The position numbers were made by a program, and so were the translations under genes. DNA of 63,277 nucleotides, filler included, from Vermamoeba vermiformis (lineage: Eukaryota), in assembly GCA_045837725.1 (NCBI GenBank). It is 5 parts of 5 records of this genome, joined end to end, with 100 filler letters (N's around TTAATTAATTAA, not from the genome) between each part and the next. Parts side by side here need not be neighbours in the genome. Positions count along the whole stretch, not along the records: positions 49,085 to 53,485 come from JBEWZL010000167.1; positions 53,586 to 63,277 come from JBEWZL010000169.1; 3 more parts are not named here. One strand, written 5' to 3'. This document shows positions 49,584-62,170 of this stretch, in pieces. The stretch's first letter is position 1; the number at the start of each line of letters is the position of its first letter. A model generated the notes under the pieces. That model was not told the origin of the DNA and did not search any database. It saw only the letters and a list, made by a program, of their open reading frames with translations.

Positions 49584-51029
49584 ATGTCCCTCTTATCGAC
49601 AAATACGTCCTTAATATTAATTGGAACCGCCTTGGCTAGTCTGGTCGTCAGATCTTCTCCCAGACTGAGTGCGCGATATTTTTATTATAGATCGTTGGCC
49701 CAAGCTTCCTTCTTCTACGGGCTCAACACTATCAAGCGCAAGATATGCAATATTGTCGGCGTACCCTTGCCTCCTTACGGCGATACGACCTCCATCTCGC
49801 CAAAGTGGATGCAGAAAATTCTTGAAGACAATTACAAAACGAAGCTTCCAGAGTTGCTGTCAGTTGAAATCACCAGTGATGTAATTGCTGGCGGTTTTAG
49901 CGGCAAGATGACGCGCATCAAGCTGCATTGGTCCTCTCCGCCCCCTGCTGAACTCGACATCCCGTCGCAAATGATCATCAAATCAGCGCAGAATCAAGTC
50001 CGACGCTTGCATGCCTCACTCATGCTCGGTACTCCACGCGAGGCACTGTTCTCGCACGAGTACGGTCAAAACAATCGCGATCCAGTGTTGAATGTCATGC
50101 CGCGTGTCATTTACGCCAATGGTTCGTGGCTGTCAGGCGAGTACGTGACGATCATGGAAGACTTGTCTTTGAAGAGTGCATTCCACGGCGGAATTATGCT
50201 CGGCAACCAGTGCTTTGGCGCTGTGCCCGTGCCCGACAACATCAAGCAAGATCCACTTGTTGTCGTCGAAACAATCTTCATGCAAACTGCTGACATTCAT
50301 GCCAAGTACTGGCGCGACGAGACATTGCTCAAGTTCAACTGGATGAAAAATGTCGCGTGGCTGCAAGGCCGTGAACGAGCCAGCTGGGAGATGGCAATGA
50401 TCAACATGCGCCACAAGTTCAACAACGTGTTGCAGGCCATCAAGAGCGGCAAGACGAAAGTGCCTTGGTCCGATCACATGATCAGCACGATCAACAACGC
50501 GTTTGCTAACACCAACTGGCAGACGTTCAGATCCAAACTGAACTTGTCGGATCCGACCACGCCCTTCACGCTGTGCCACGGAGATTTCCACGCGAGCAAC
50601 ACGTTGTGGTGCCCTGCCACTGACAAGGACCCGCAGCCTCGTGCCTATCTCATTGACTGGTCTGAAGTGGGTGTCTTCTGTCCCTTCACAGAACTCGCGC
50701 AATTCGTGGTCAGTCACATTTCCGTCGCTGATCGCCGTGCCCATGAGCGCGAGATATTTGAGCGCTATTATCAACGCCTAGTTGCCAAGGGTGTTGACAG
50801 CAAAGTGTTCCCATTGGAGAGCTGCTGGGAGAAGTACAAACTCGGTGGCATGGAGCGCTGGTTGCAGATGTTAGTGCTCTTGGCCAATATTAGCATCGAT
50901 TTCCCTCAAGCCCTGTCCGATGATCATATTGCTTGGTTTTACAATCAAGTGGCAACTTTTGTTGAAGATCACGGCACCGCGCAGAATTTGAAGTCGCTCT
51001 CCTTCATGTCTGCTTATTGTGTCGCTTAA
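49584..51029 (+). CDS. Ecdysteroid-kinase-like / APH-family phosphotransferase
   Basis: IIK, REALF, MEDL, TLCHGDFHASN, LIDW motifs; intronless. Confidence 0.85.
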   Translation: MSLLSTNTSLILIGTALASLVVRSSPRLSARYFYYRSLAQASFFYGLNTIKRKICNIVGVPLPPYGDTTSISPKWMQKILEDNYKTKLPELLSVEITSDVIAGGFSGKMTRIKLHWSSPPPAELDIPSQMIIKSAQNQVRRLHASLMLGTPREALFSHEYGQNNRDPVLNVMPRVIYANGSWLSGEYVTIMEDLSLKSAFHGGIMLGNQCFGAVPVPDNIKQDPLVVVETIFMQTADIHAKYWRDETLLKFNWMKNVAWLQGRERASWEMAMINMRHKFNNVLQAIKSGKTKVPWSDHMISTINNAFANTNWQTFRSKLNLSDPTTPFTLCHGDFHASNTLWCPATDKDPQPRAYLIDWSEVGVFCPFTELAQFVVSHISVADRRAHEREIFERYYQRLVAKGVDSKVFPLESCWEKYKLGGMERWLQMLVLLANISIDFPQALSDDHIAWFYNQVATFVEDHGTAQNLKSLSFMSAYCVA

Positions 51030-51337
51030 TCGACTATCAAATAAAAAACGAAGCTTCACAATACCACTGTCCTTTCAAATATGTGCTAACAGATCTTTTT
51101 TGACCAACCAAACTTCATTCAGTGAAAGACCATTTTCCATTTTCGCAACTAATTGAACACTACCACTTGTAAGTTCTCAAGCCTTAGTGTTACAACTTCA
51201 TTGATAAACACAATAATAAGGTATCCATATTAATACTTTGCGTAAGTTACAATTAACGTTACGAATACTACTTTGAGTATTCAGTTTCCAATAATAAATA
51301 AATAATTGGATAATTTTTAACACTATTAGCACTAGAT

Positions 51338-52756
51338 ATGGAGCGACAATTAAATGAAGATCTGCATCCGCACGTTGTAATAATTGGAGCAGGTCCTGTA
51401 GGCCTATGGACGGCGATTCAGACAAAAATATTATTGCCTGGCGCATCAATAGTAATTATAGAAAAATATAGAGAGTATAAACGAAGCCATGTACTGCGAC
51501 TAAACAAAATGTCGATGATACGAGCTCCTGCCCACTCAGATCTGCAGAAATTAATTGATAGAATTCCAAGTGTGGTCCGCACAAATGTATTAGAAGATGA
51601 ATTATTAACTCTAGCAAAAAAGCTCGACATTACGATAGTTTACAAAAATATTACGGATGTACGCAAAGAAATTCAAGAAATGTTTCCTGATTGCATGGCA
51701 GTAGTTGGAGCAGATGGATCTCATTCAATAACGCGTGAACAAATATTCGGAGGAGCAATGAGCGTCAAAGAAACGTTAAAACAAATAGTTGAAATCAAGT
51801 ACGAAGTTAACGGACCAACGAGGAAATTGAATTTTGTAACAGAGTTCTATCCAACGCAAAAATTGATCGAGTTTATTGCTGAAGAAAGTGTTGGCAAGAT
51901 TCGCGATGGCAAGACACCTGTCACTGTTCGATTTATGGTTCCAAAAAAGATCTACGAACAGATGAAAGACGCAACTTTTAAGAACCCGTTCTACGTGCCC
52001 ACGCACCGCGATAGAATACCAGAGAAGCTATTAGAGGCTATTACATTATGGATGAACGTACGACGTCATTGTACGAAAGAAGAACGAGTGGCTGGATCTG
52101 AAAAAATTTCAGCGCTGCACCTCGATGTTTATCAATCCGACAAAGTGAGCTATGACGACAAAGAGCATCATCGTGCATATTTCTTAGTAGGAGACGCCGC
52201 CTTCGGTGTACCATTCTTTAGAGCACTGAATAATGGCTTATTGTGTGGCAGCAAACTAGCATTCTGTCTGAGCGATCTGTTGAGCGACCATCTCAAAACT
52301 TACACGCCTAAGTCATTCATGGGCAAATTGAAAGTGGGTGTGTTGAAAGCGATGAACACCGTGCACAACTTTGTCAATGCTGGCGTGCTGAATGCGTACA
52401 GTATCTACGTCGCGAGTCTTGCCATGACCGAGATTGCCACCGCTCGGACCAAGAGTGGTGCGTTGTTTGCAGCCACTCTTATGAACAAAGTGAACGGAGC
52501 TGTGCCCTGGCAAGTGAATGTGTGGCCAAAAGAGAAAGAAAAAATGTTCTTGACGACCGATCCTAACTTCAAACCACCTGTCATCGTGCAAAAAGAAACA
52601 ACAGCGAATGAACACAGTGACGCAGAAGTGGATCATAACGCGTGGCAAGGACCAGAAGGAGACTCTCAAGAGGAAGAAGAGAACAATACGAACGAAAAAG
52701 ATCTGGCTGCACAGTTCGAGGGTATGTCTTTGGCAAGTAAAGAAGGCCACCAATAG
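51338..52756 (+). CDS. FAD-dependent oxidoreductase/monooxygenase-like protein
   Basis: GAGPVG Rossmann motif, VGADGSHS, LVGDAA; intronless 472 aa. Confidence 0.82.
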   Translation: MERQLNEDLHPHVVIIGAGPVGLWTAIQTKILLPGASIVIIEKYREYKRSHVLRLNKMSMIRAPAHSDLQKLIDRIPSVVRTNVLEDELLTLAKKLDITIVYKNITDVRKEIQEMFPDCMAVVGADGSHSITREQIFGGAMSVKETLKQIVEIKYEVNGPTRKLNFVTEFYPTQKLIEFIAEESVGKIRDGKTPVTVRFMVPKKIYEQMKDATFKNPFYVPTHRDRIPEKLLEAITLWMNVRRHCTKEERVAGSEKISALHLDVYQSDKVSYDDKEHHRAYFLVGDAAFGVPFFRALNNGLLCGSKLAFCLSDLLSDHLKTYTPKSFMGKLKVGVLKAMNTVHNFVNAGVLNAYSIYVASLAMTEIATARTKSGALFAATLMNKVNGAVPWQVNVWPKEKEKMFLTTDPNFKPPVIVQKETTANEHSDAEVDHNAWQGPEGDSQEEEENNTNEKDLAAQFEGMSLASKEGHQ

Positions 52757-53485
52757 GTTTACATGTTTAAACTATTTCCACATCAATCTAATATGCTCTA
52801 ATTGGTCCAATGCGCGATTAATGTTGACGATACCCTCTTTGAGTTTTTTCTGGTTTGTAGGCATTGCTCGCTCTCTTCTAACAAGAACTTGACAGTGTTC
52901 TCGTCGGTTAGTTTATCAAGCTCTGATCCACTTCGGAAACTTCGTCCGATAGTTTCAAGAAGACCGTATTTAGCACTACTTGAACGTTCTTCTCCTTCTG
53001 TCGTCTAATGCCAGGCGGCCTAACTGTAAGTAAGCTGGCAATTTTGCGGTGGCATAGTACACAGCTTGCTGAAGAGATCAGGCTCTTCATCCCCATTCAG
53101 AGTGACGAGCGTTTTGAATAAGAACTCTAATTAACCCATCCATTTATTCCGTTGATAGAATTTCAAGATGTGACTTGGGTGTCTCGATGAGATCAGAAGT
53201 TTAGAGAGGGCAACGAAACAAACCCTAGCACCTTTCTTTGCTAAGCTGGCTGCAATATTAGATTGACGTAATTTTCTGAACTGATCTCGGAAAAATCCGG
53301 AAATTCTCCGAGCGCAATATCCACATGTCAACTTGATAGTTACGTGTTTCAATAGCAATAGAGGTTTTGTAAGCACATCGAAATATTCGTCAAGATACTC
53401 ACAAGTACATTAATTTTAGTTGTTTAACCGAGCAAAAGATTTTGTTAAAATTCAATTTTGTTTTCTTACCGGTTGAAATGTTTTA

Positions 53486-53585
53486 NNNNNNNNNNNNNNN
53501 NNNNNNNNNNNNNNNNNNNNNNNNNNNNNTTAATTAATTAANNNNNNNNNNNNNNNNNNNNNNNNNNNNNNNNNNNNNNNNNNNN
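53486..53585. other. Artificial contig spacer
   Basis: N-run + TTAATTAATTAA + N-run. Confidence 0.98.
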
Positions 53586-54104
53586 ACTCCTGGAAAATAT
53601 ATTGAATATTACATAGCAACTCAAGCATCATGGAAAATATGCGGTAAATAATTGTGTGAACTTGAATAATTCGTCCATTATTTTATTTAATAGCCATTTA
53701 CTGTCAAATGATAATCCTAATATTATAAAGCGTGCGTTACTTATATCCAAAATATTTTATTAATTAAAAATCTTCGGTTGATCCAGCGATTGACAAGCAA
53801 GAACGATACGAACAAATCTTTGAAGCTGTGAGAACGAACAAACGCATTAAAAAATTGCTTCTTCGTTGCGAGTTACATGGCGGGCCTACAGACTACGACT
53901 TGTACAAGTTTGCCAGTGCCCTTGAAGCAAATACATCACTCGAGACTTTAGTTTTACGAGGTAAAAATACCAATTTAAATTGCATTTATCGAATTCTTAA
54001 TAATTACGTGACTTATTAAGGGTCTTAACACTACGTACCTCTTGGATTTGCTGCGGTGTTGCAAGCATTGACTCAACACACCAAAACTGACCGCATTTGA
54101 GTGT
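53586..54104 (+). pseudogene. Truncated duplicate of the 5' part of the LRR/F-box gene at 58111
   Basis: Highly similar to about 58068-58599, including introns; small indels; similarity stops abruptly after GCATTTGAGTGT. Confidence 0.8.
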
Positions 54105-55403
54105 TCAACCCTTGAAAGAGTCTATGCCTGTGTTCTATAGTTCTAACCAGTTTGCTGGCCTTGCCCCAGTCCCGAACCACCATTTCGATCCCGGTCCCAG
54201 TGAGCACTTGGGCTACTTTGACGTCATCAGCTAGCTACACGTCCTCACCGTATTATCATCGCGACGCCGTCCTCTATGCATACAATGTCAATTCAATGCA
54301 GCGCGACGTCCTGGCACTGCCTAGTGAGCCACCGGATCCAGCTCCGTACGCCGGCACCGAGCCGAATTACTGCTCGTCTGGCACCCCTCTGCACGCGCAG
54401 TACATTCCGAAGCAGTCTTGGACGAACAACAATACACCAGCTCCGCTCTTTACGGCCTTTCTAACATTGATAGTGACGAGTCCCCTACTACCCTTGCCCT
54501 TCAGAGGGTGCATGCTCCGAGTACCTGTCAACAGTGCAGCAGCAGTACACGCCACTGCAGTCCTGGGCATGCACTGACACTCCTCAAGAAGAGCAATCTG
54601 AGCTCGATGCATATGATGCCGAGTTCAATACTGACTTGGAGGATGTAGACTTCCCTAATGCGTGCATTACGCTCTTGAATGCTACGCACCACATCCCTCC
54701 GATGACCGGCGATATCGTAGCTCCAGCACAGTGGGAGAACGATACTCGTGACGCGTCATGGACTTGCTATGAAGTTCAGCAACGGATACTTTAAAAACAA
54801 CGCTGAGGCCCAAAGACTCGTAAGTTACTTTTGCCCGTACTCTAATGTCATATCTTTAACGTCGATTTGGTGGCCAGAGCAAAAAAAAACAACCCAACGA
54901 AACCGAACCCAAGCTCAGCTTGATCAAGCATGCTACACAAACTTCTCGTGTAGCCACTCGTTTGGCCAAAACGTAGTGAACGAGGCGATATTGTCGATGA
55001 GTAAGTTTTTACGAATAATTGCCGTTTGGATTTGACGAAGAGAACCCTTGGAAAGATGATTTCCGCGAGGGATCGTCAGGTTAACCAACAAAATTTTGTC
55101 CGCGTTTTGCACGTTACTTTACGAATGCAAGAAGATTGTCCCGCGATTCGATCTCGCTTGAATTCTGAGCCAAGCGATTAATGAATCACACCATGTACAT
55201 TTTCGAAAAAAACCTGTAAAAATATTTATCTTTATAAACCACGATACCCAGCCACCTCACCTACGAATTTCGGGCCATACTCAAATTTTCTGTTATATTT
55301 TTAGATAAAAATCGCTGTATCTTTACACTTTCAAGCAAAATGAACATGAACACCACCTTAAATTAAGGTCTATTAAAGTAGAAATGTGCTTTTATGCCAC
55401 GCA

Positions 55404-57792
55404 ATGAAAATAGTTACAATTGATCTGATCTCGCTTATTATATTATTGCTTGCGAGGGCATGCATAAATATAGCATTGGAGCCTATTGTCACTTACGACG
55501 AAGCTCTTTCAATCGACCTACGAACAAAGGAGTGCACGATCACCGTTACAAAACCGGAAGAAGTTTCAAACATCGTTTCTTCAGCTCAACAAGGTAATAT
55601 TTTATTTGAAAATTTAAGTTAATTTATATGACGCACAAAACGCTCAGGGTAATCCTGATCAAGACAAATACACAAAAATTATTTTTATTTAATCAGTCCG
55701 AATTGATAATTATCCAGTTATTTACTAATATTATGGCAGTATATATTATCATTTCCTAATGTATTATTCAGGGGATGTAATTTGTTTGTTGCCTGGACTA
55801 TTTTATCCGGCCCTCTCTTTGACGGAGAATCCTGCGCGAGCAAATACTACGGATTATATTATTATACGAGTGAATGATGTCAGTCTACTGCCTCCACCTG
55901 GTATAAGGATATCTAATGCTTACGAAAGCGTTCTACCTAAAATTGACGGCAGATCCGCTATCGAAGGAAGTACGTACCAAAAGAATATTACGTCATTGAT
56001 ACTATATAATAATAATACTAACATACTAAATATGGACTATGTCTAACGTGGTTGTAAAACTGATCTGATAATTTGTTCTAAATATAGATGTGCACCACAT
56101 TGCCTTTCTTGGAATCGATTTTTACGCGCAAGTGGCGAACGCCTTTAATATGGAACTAAGGCCTATCAATGCAACGAACGCGCCGCACCATATCATAATA
56201 GATCAGTGCCTATTTAGAAGTTCTGTTCTGTTAGTTTCGACGACTTTCTTCTCGGGCCAGTACATTGCGCTATTAAACTCGCATATTACAGGTAAAATAA
56301 TTCAATGTTTAATTCGTAGAAATTATTTGGCTAATTTATTTTTTTTTGTAGCCGCTGCCTCTGTTGCTACGTATATCGCTGGTGGCTCTGTTATAAAGAT
56401 CCAAAATAATTATTATGATTTTGAGGATGTGTTCTTAGACATACTATCATCCGTTGTGACCAACTCTGATATCGAGATCCGCTACAACAGATTCGAAAAG
56501 CGAGGACCGTAAGTACTCTGAAGTCTTACCTATTGCTTTTAACATAACATTAGGACTATTAACTATTTTGGGTTTGTTTTATCCCTTTATGAACGAGTAT
56601 TGATCGAGAATAACTTCATTGGTACGTGGCGCTCATGATCCGCAAAACTTATTTAATTATTTCATTCAGCGCCTTCGAACTTGGACTTGAATATTTATAG
56701 CGACTTGATGTTGTTTATGAACGATATTGGGTCTTGCTATCAGCGAGATTTTATTTTTAGAAACAATTGGGTGGAAAACTTTGTGCGAGGTAATTTTTAG
56801 TTGAATCATTTATATTTAAGGATTACTAAGGATATTTTTCCCAGGTTTCATTATTTATCCATCAACTAATTGGACTGGATCTGTCGCGACGGAGTACTCG
56901 ATCCAAGATAATTTTTTGAAAGAAGGCATTCAGATTATTCCATATACATCGGGTACGGCTATTAATTTTACTCAAAATACTGTCTTAAATGGGCGCGGTT
57001 CATTTTTTGTGTTCATTGACCCAACGGATCTCAATTACGTCAGTTTCAACTTTGAGCGGAATATTATTGAAGCAGGAGAATATGGTCTCGGTACTACTAA
57101 TTTTATTCCTATTGTGGATTTAATTGGGCCACAAAATTGGAATTGGCAAGATAATCTCGTAATTACAAGTACGTACAGACAAACTTTTCCAAATAATACT
57201 TTGCTGGAATATAACATGACCGACGTTGGTTTTGTTGATATGGAAAATGATAACTATAACTTGCTGCCATCAAGTAAATACAGTGCGGAGAATTATGGCG
57301 CGCAATTGGGCGTGGATATTTGCAAGTTAATTAACACTGCAAAGCTTAACATCGTCGTACCTGGCTGTCCACTAGATAGTGTTAATTTGCAGCCAAACGA
57401 GGTCATAGAAATCACAACCGACGTTACCATAAATGGAAATCTGACAATGTACCCGAACTCGACGTTACAAGTGCCGTTCGATGACGGCAAACTTAACGTC
57501 TCGAACTGTGCAGATTTTGCGGGAATTTTAAATTTGGTGAATACTGCAAACGTTGAAAATGGTACGGAGGTTATTATAGCCTACTATGGATGCTATGGTG
57601 GTGGAGAATTCGACGAAATTTCATTGGTCGACGAATCGGAAGATCCGTGTTTGTTAAAACATGTCAAATTGCCCAATAGCAGTGATCGTTATCGGCAGCT
57701 GTTTGGTCCTCGTGGTAATATTCATAATCGTTTCTGTGACAGTACCTGCTGTTCGCGAAAAAGTTTTTCCGTTTGCTCCTCGACGCAAATGA
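55404..57792 (+). CDS. Parallel beta-helix (pectin-lyase-like) surface protein, with probable frameshift before the TM segment
   Basis: Signal peptide, AQQ|GDVICLLPG, HHIIIDQC, IEIRYNRF, VLIENN. TM/tail IAVIVIGSCLVLVVIFIIVSVTVPAVREKVFPF lies in a different frame from the preceding ORF. Confidence 0.65.
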
Positions 57793-58110
57793 ACCAGTCT
57801 ACTTTGTTCTACAAATCTTGCGTTGGCCTGATTAGAATTGGATCAAGTGGATCTGGTACTTTTTCTGTTGTCGACTTAATTAAAGTAAATATCTAATACT
57901 TATAACTTAAACTGGCAAAATTCCTTTTAACATAATGTGTGATTATGGAACAAGATCTCGGTGGTAAGTTCTACAAATTAAATTCAAAAAAATGTTTTTT
58001 TATTAATTCAGCTCAACAAGACAATAACCAAGCGAAAAATTACGTATGCAATTAGATCACGACGCAACTCCTGGAAAATATATTGAGTATTGCATAGCAA
58101 CTCAAGCATC

Positions 58111-60818
58111 ATGGAAAATATGCGGTAATTAATTGTTGTGTGAACTTGAATAATTCGTCTATTATTTTATTTAATAGCCATTCATTGTCAAATAATAATC
58201 TTAATATTAAAAAGCGAGTGCATTACTTATTTCGAATTATTTTAATTTTTTATTAATTAAAAATCTTCGCTCGATCCAGCGATTGACAAGCAAGAACGAT
58301 ACGCACAAATCTTTGAAGCTGTGAGAACGAACAAACGCATTAAAAAATTGCTTCTTCGTTGCGAGTTACTTGGCGGGCCTACAGACTACGACTTGTACAA
58401 GTTTGCCAGTGCCCTTGAAGCAAATACATCACTCGAGACAATAGTTTTACGAGGTAAAACTACCAGCTAAATTGAATTTATCGAGTTATTAATAATTTCG
58501 TAATTTAATTAAGGTCTTAACACTAACGTACCGCACGGATTTGCTGCAGTTTTGCAAGCATTGACTCAACATACACCAAAACTTACCGCATTTGAGTGTA
58601 GTAAGTATAAATAGGACCTTATTATATGGTTAATAATTAAATGACTATATTTAGCATCGCGTCCTGAGTTTGTACCGGCTGAATGGACTGCCTTGATCGA
58701 CTTCCTGCGGTCAAACACAACGTTAAAGACGCTTGACTTGTTTAACTGCCACTTGACCGAGGAACAATTAATCGAGTTAATGGACGTACTGAAGCATAAT
58801 AGCGAATTGAAGTTTCTTGATTTGGAAGGTACGGCTAACCCTCGATTTTTTTCGCAGAATTTAATTTTCAGCCCTACAGCCCAATAACACAATAATTTTC
58901 TGTCCATTCGTTGGCATTTTACTCATTATTTACGTATCGTTGTTTAAGATTTTTTTCTTCGACCACCGAGTGAAGTGAATGCTGAAATGTTATAATGATG
59001 ACAAGTCGCTAACGATCATCATATTGTATAGGCAGTGACCTTTCATTCGCAAGTTTAATGGCCATTGCGCAGTTCGTGGCAAGCAACACTACGTTGGAAG
59101 AACTCAGGATCAGCGAGTTGGATCTGACCAAAGATGAAGAAGCGCAATTAATAGCAATCATGCAAAACAACACAAGCTTAGTGTTTGTTCCGCGGAATGT
59201 TGAGTTCCTCAACACAAGTCAATTTATCGAAAGAAATCTTAAAGCCTGGCACGCAGCAGAGATACAACGACGAAAATTTGAATTCCCGCAAAAACCTCAA
59301 CCATGGCAGCCAGTATTATTGCCTGATACAACACACGAACCAGCTATTACACAGCTCTCATCGGACATTTTGCGATTGATTCTGTGGCAACTCGATGTCC
59401 GGTCATTGTGCGCGTTTCGAAGAACAGATAGACAACACTACGCGTTCACGAAAAACAACATTTTTTGGCGTGACTATTACACAAAGTACTTCTCGTGCGT
59501 CCCTGGCGACGTCTTTTTACTGACAGATTTGACGTACGGCATCAAACTTGCGAATGCTCGGACACCGCTTGAAGCCTTTGCAACGCCCTTGTGGGAAGAG
59601 ATATTGATCAATTCATTCCGTGCGCGCACTGTCAGTGCCAAGGACTATCCAACAAACTACTGCATTCCATTTATGGAACCAGTGTACCGTCAATTTCCGC
59701 AGCTGATTGGTGCCACGGACAGCAGTGGCGAATTTACAGCCCTTCCCCCAAGCAGCGACTGGCACAAGAAAGGCTTGCCGTACGCTTACACGTGGTTCTT
59801 GATCTACGCAAAGGGCTCGGCAGTCTACCACCTTGGCTTTGAAAAGTTGCACGATGGCCAGTACAACGGAATTTTGTTCTTCACGCAAGACTTTTCCGCT
59901 GCTTTTTCTGCGCGATTCGATTACATGTTGTATATTTTTGAATGGTTTACGACCTACAGCGAAACAGAATTTGCAGAAAAGTGCAAAGATTTGTGCCAGC
60001 TCTACTTGTGCACGCGAGAGACAAACAATTATGATAGGACTACAGCTCCATTCTACAAAGACGTCGAAAAAACATTGTTGCAGCCAGCACTCAAAGCACG
60101 TGACAAATTGATCGTTTCTCTCAACAACATGATTGACGCAGCAGCGAAAGAATACTGCAGTACGAATAATACTGTCAATATAACTCGAGTCGAAGACTTG
60201 ATCAAACAGTTCAAAAGTGTGAGTGACTTGCCTGATTTGGACTTGGAGCGAGTACGCCAGTACATACCAAAGCGATCAAGTTTGAATGCAAAGTACGTGA
60301 CCGACGACAATGTCACGTGTCACAATTTCACGACACATGATTGGGAGATTCCTGAACAGGCCAATCCGATCCAATACAAAGCACCTAGACACCGAAAACA
60401 AGCAAAAAAGCTGCCTCAAGTCGTACTCGCGAAGCTCTATCGAGTGGCACTGAACTTCATTCTGATGCCGGTACTCAAGACTTTTTGGCTGGATGATATT
60501 AACGATCCGGACTACGAAATTTATCCGTTTTTACGATGGTCCAAGGAGTCATTAAGCACATTTAAAGAGCTGTATTATTCGTCAAGTTCCTATGTGCCCT
60601 TCGAACACATTTCCATTGGCAAAGCTTGTCCCGCACAATGGCCGATGATTGCTCTCGGATTGGCCAATCAAATCATGCCGCATATTATTGCTGCAATGAA
60701 TGGTATTATGAAGGGCACTACGACAGATCTGGACAAGTTGGTTGTTGTTTTGGATCAAACCTTCATTCCACAACGAATCAAATTATATCTGCAGAAGATT
60801 GCTGAGGGCAGCAAATAA
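58111..60818 (+). CDS. RNI-like LRR + F-box protein
   Basis: NTSLETL, SNTTLKTLDLFNC, SNTTLEELRI repeats; F-box ITQLSSDILRLILWQLDVRSLCAF..NIFWRDY. Start uncertain. Confidence 0.75.
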
Positions 60819-61052
60819 ATATGAATGCGATTGTTATTAGTAAAACTAATCTCCATAGTACACTTTAGTCTGAGCAAATCCGAGACTAAATCGGACATCG
60901 CTTGAAAATGAGTGCCACCACAAAAACATTTTTCGCTCAAAAGGAAGTACCAAAATACTTGAATATAGATCAGATTTATTGTCATGAGCTGCTTGAAACC
61001 ATTCGCGAAGGAAACTGGTTTTCGATCGAATCCAGAGTAACTTTACTAATAT

Positions 61053-61552
61053 TTACAAGCGCTTCTGGGACTTGATTTTGTTTCTAATTATCGATAGAAC
61101 GCGGTCAGGATCTCTTGAAGAGAATCCTTTACGGATACTTTCGGATTTGGTTTTGATCACGATCGACACCGGTTTCTCCTTTCTACAATTTAGCCCGGAT
61201 CTTTTCATATCTAAGGCCCACCATATATCCGACAAACCCATGCCTATACAATAGCATCTTAGCGATCGCGGCGTCAATTTCGGCTAATTAATTAAATGTA
61301 AAATTTCCGAAGATAGAGTAATTTAACTTAATTGCTGTTCTTACCCCATCCTTTGTGTTCTATCCACTCGAGTCCTAGCTCTTTATTCGTGGTCACGTAT
61401 GAAATATCTTCGTAGCGGATTCTCTTGGATAGAGCGAAGGGGAAGTAGTACCGATGAATAGTGACTCCTTGTTCATCCAATGTTACATAATCGTCTTCGT
61501 ACAACAAGGTTAAAGGCTCAGAGTCACTATGGTGCGTCGCGTTGTTGCCCAT
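61053..61552 (-). CDS. Small, possibly myristoylated PH-like domain protein
   Basis: MGNN start; LYEDDYVTLDEQGVTIHRYYFPF..SKRI, GWG|MG..WWALD..R; two exons. Confidence 0.6.
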
Positions 61553-62170
61553 TTCGGATCAATTACAATTTTCCGGAACTGTTCTGTTGTTCACTATTGC
61601 TTAGGTATTGATTGAACTACTCCACGTAATTTTTCTCTATTTATGCGTCGATTTGTGAGCTCAAAGCCACGAAAAATCGAAACGATGAACTCTGCGGAAA
61701 AGTTCCGAACAATTGGTTACAATCCTATTAAAATTAAGCTTGATATGCCGCCCTATCCAGCGATTTCTCGGAATAATGATCGCGTTGAAGATCGTGGTCT
61801 GAGTACGAAACGTTGAAAGGTACGTTAGATCTGGCGCCAGAGCCGATGAATTGGGTTTAATTACATTACAACACAGCCATTGCCTGACTCGTCATATTTA
61901 TGTGCCCCTTATCCATTCGAGGAGTAGTGTGCGGTCCACTGGTCCAGGCCACTATTATCCGATTTATTAAGGTTGACACGTGTCAACAACCACGGACGTC
62001 TTCCGAGCCCTCCGTCCTTTGTGGTTTTGTTATGGCTCTGTCAGCACGTACTGATCGGTGACTTCTCTGTGACTCTTTAACAAAGAGTGCGCAGCTGTAA
62101 TGGAACCTAGATCCGGATCCGGATCAAATCTTGCAAACACAACTACAGCAATATATCCGCTTGCAATACT

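Noticed and set aside
52770-53410. Minus-strand coding-like region
   Set aside because: Several stops, no recognisable family, truncated by the contig end; possibly a pseudogene but not supportable.
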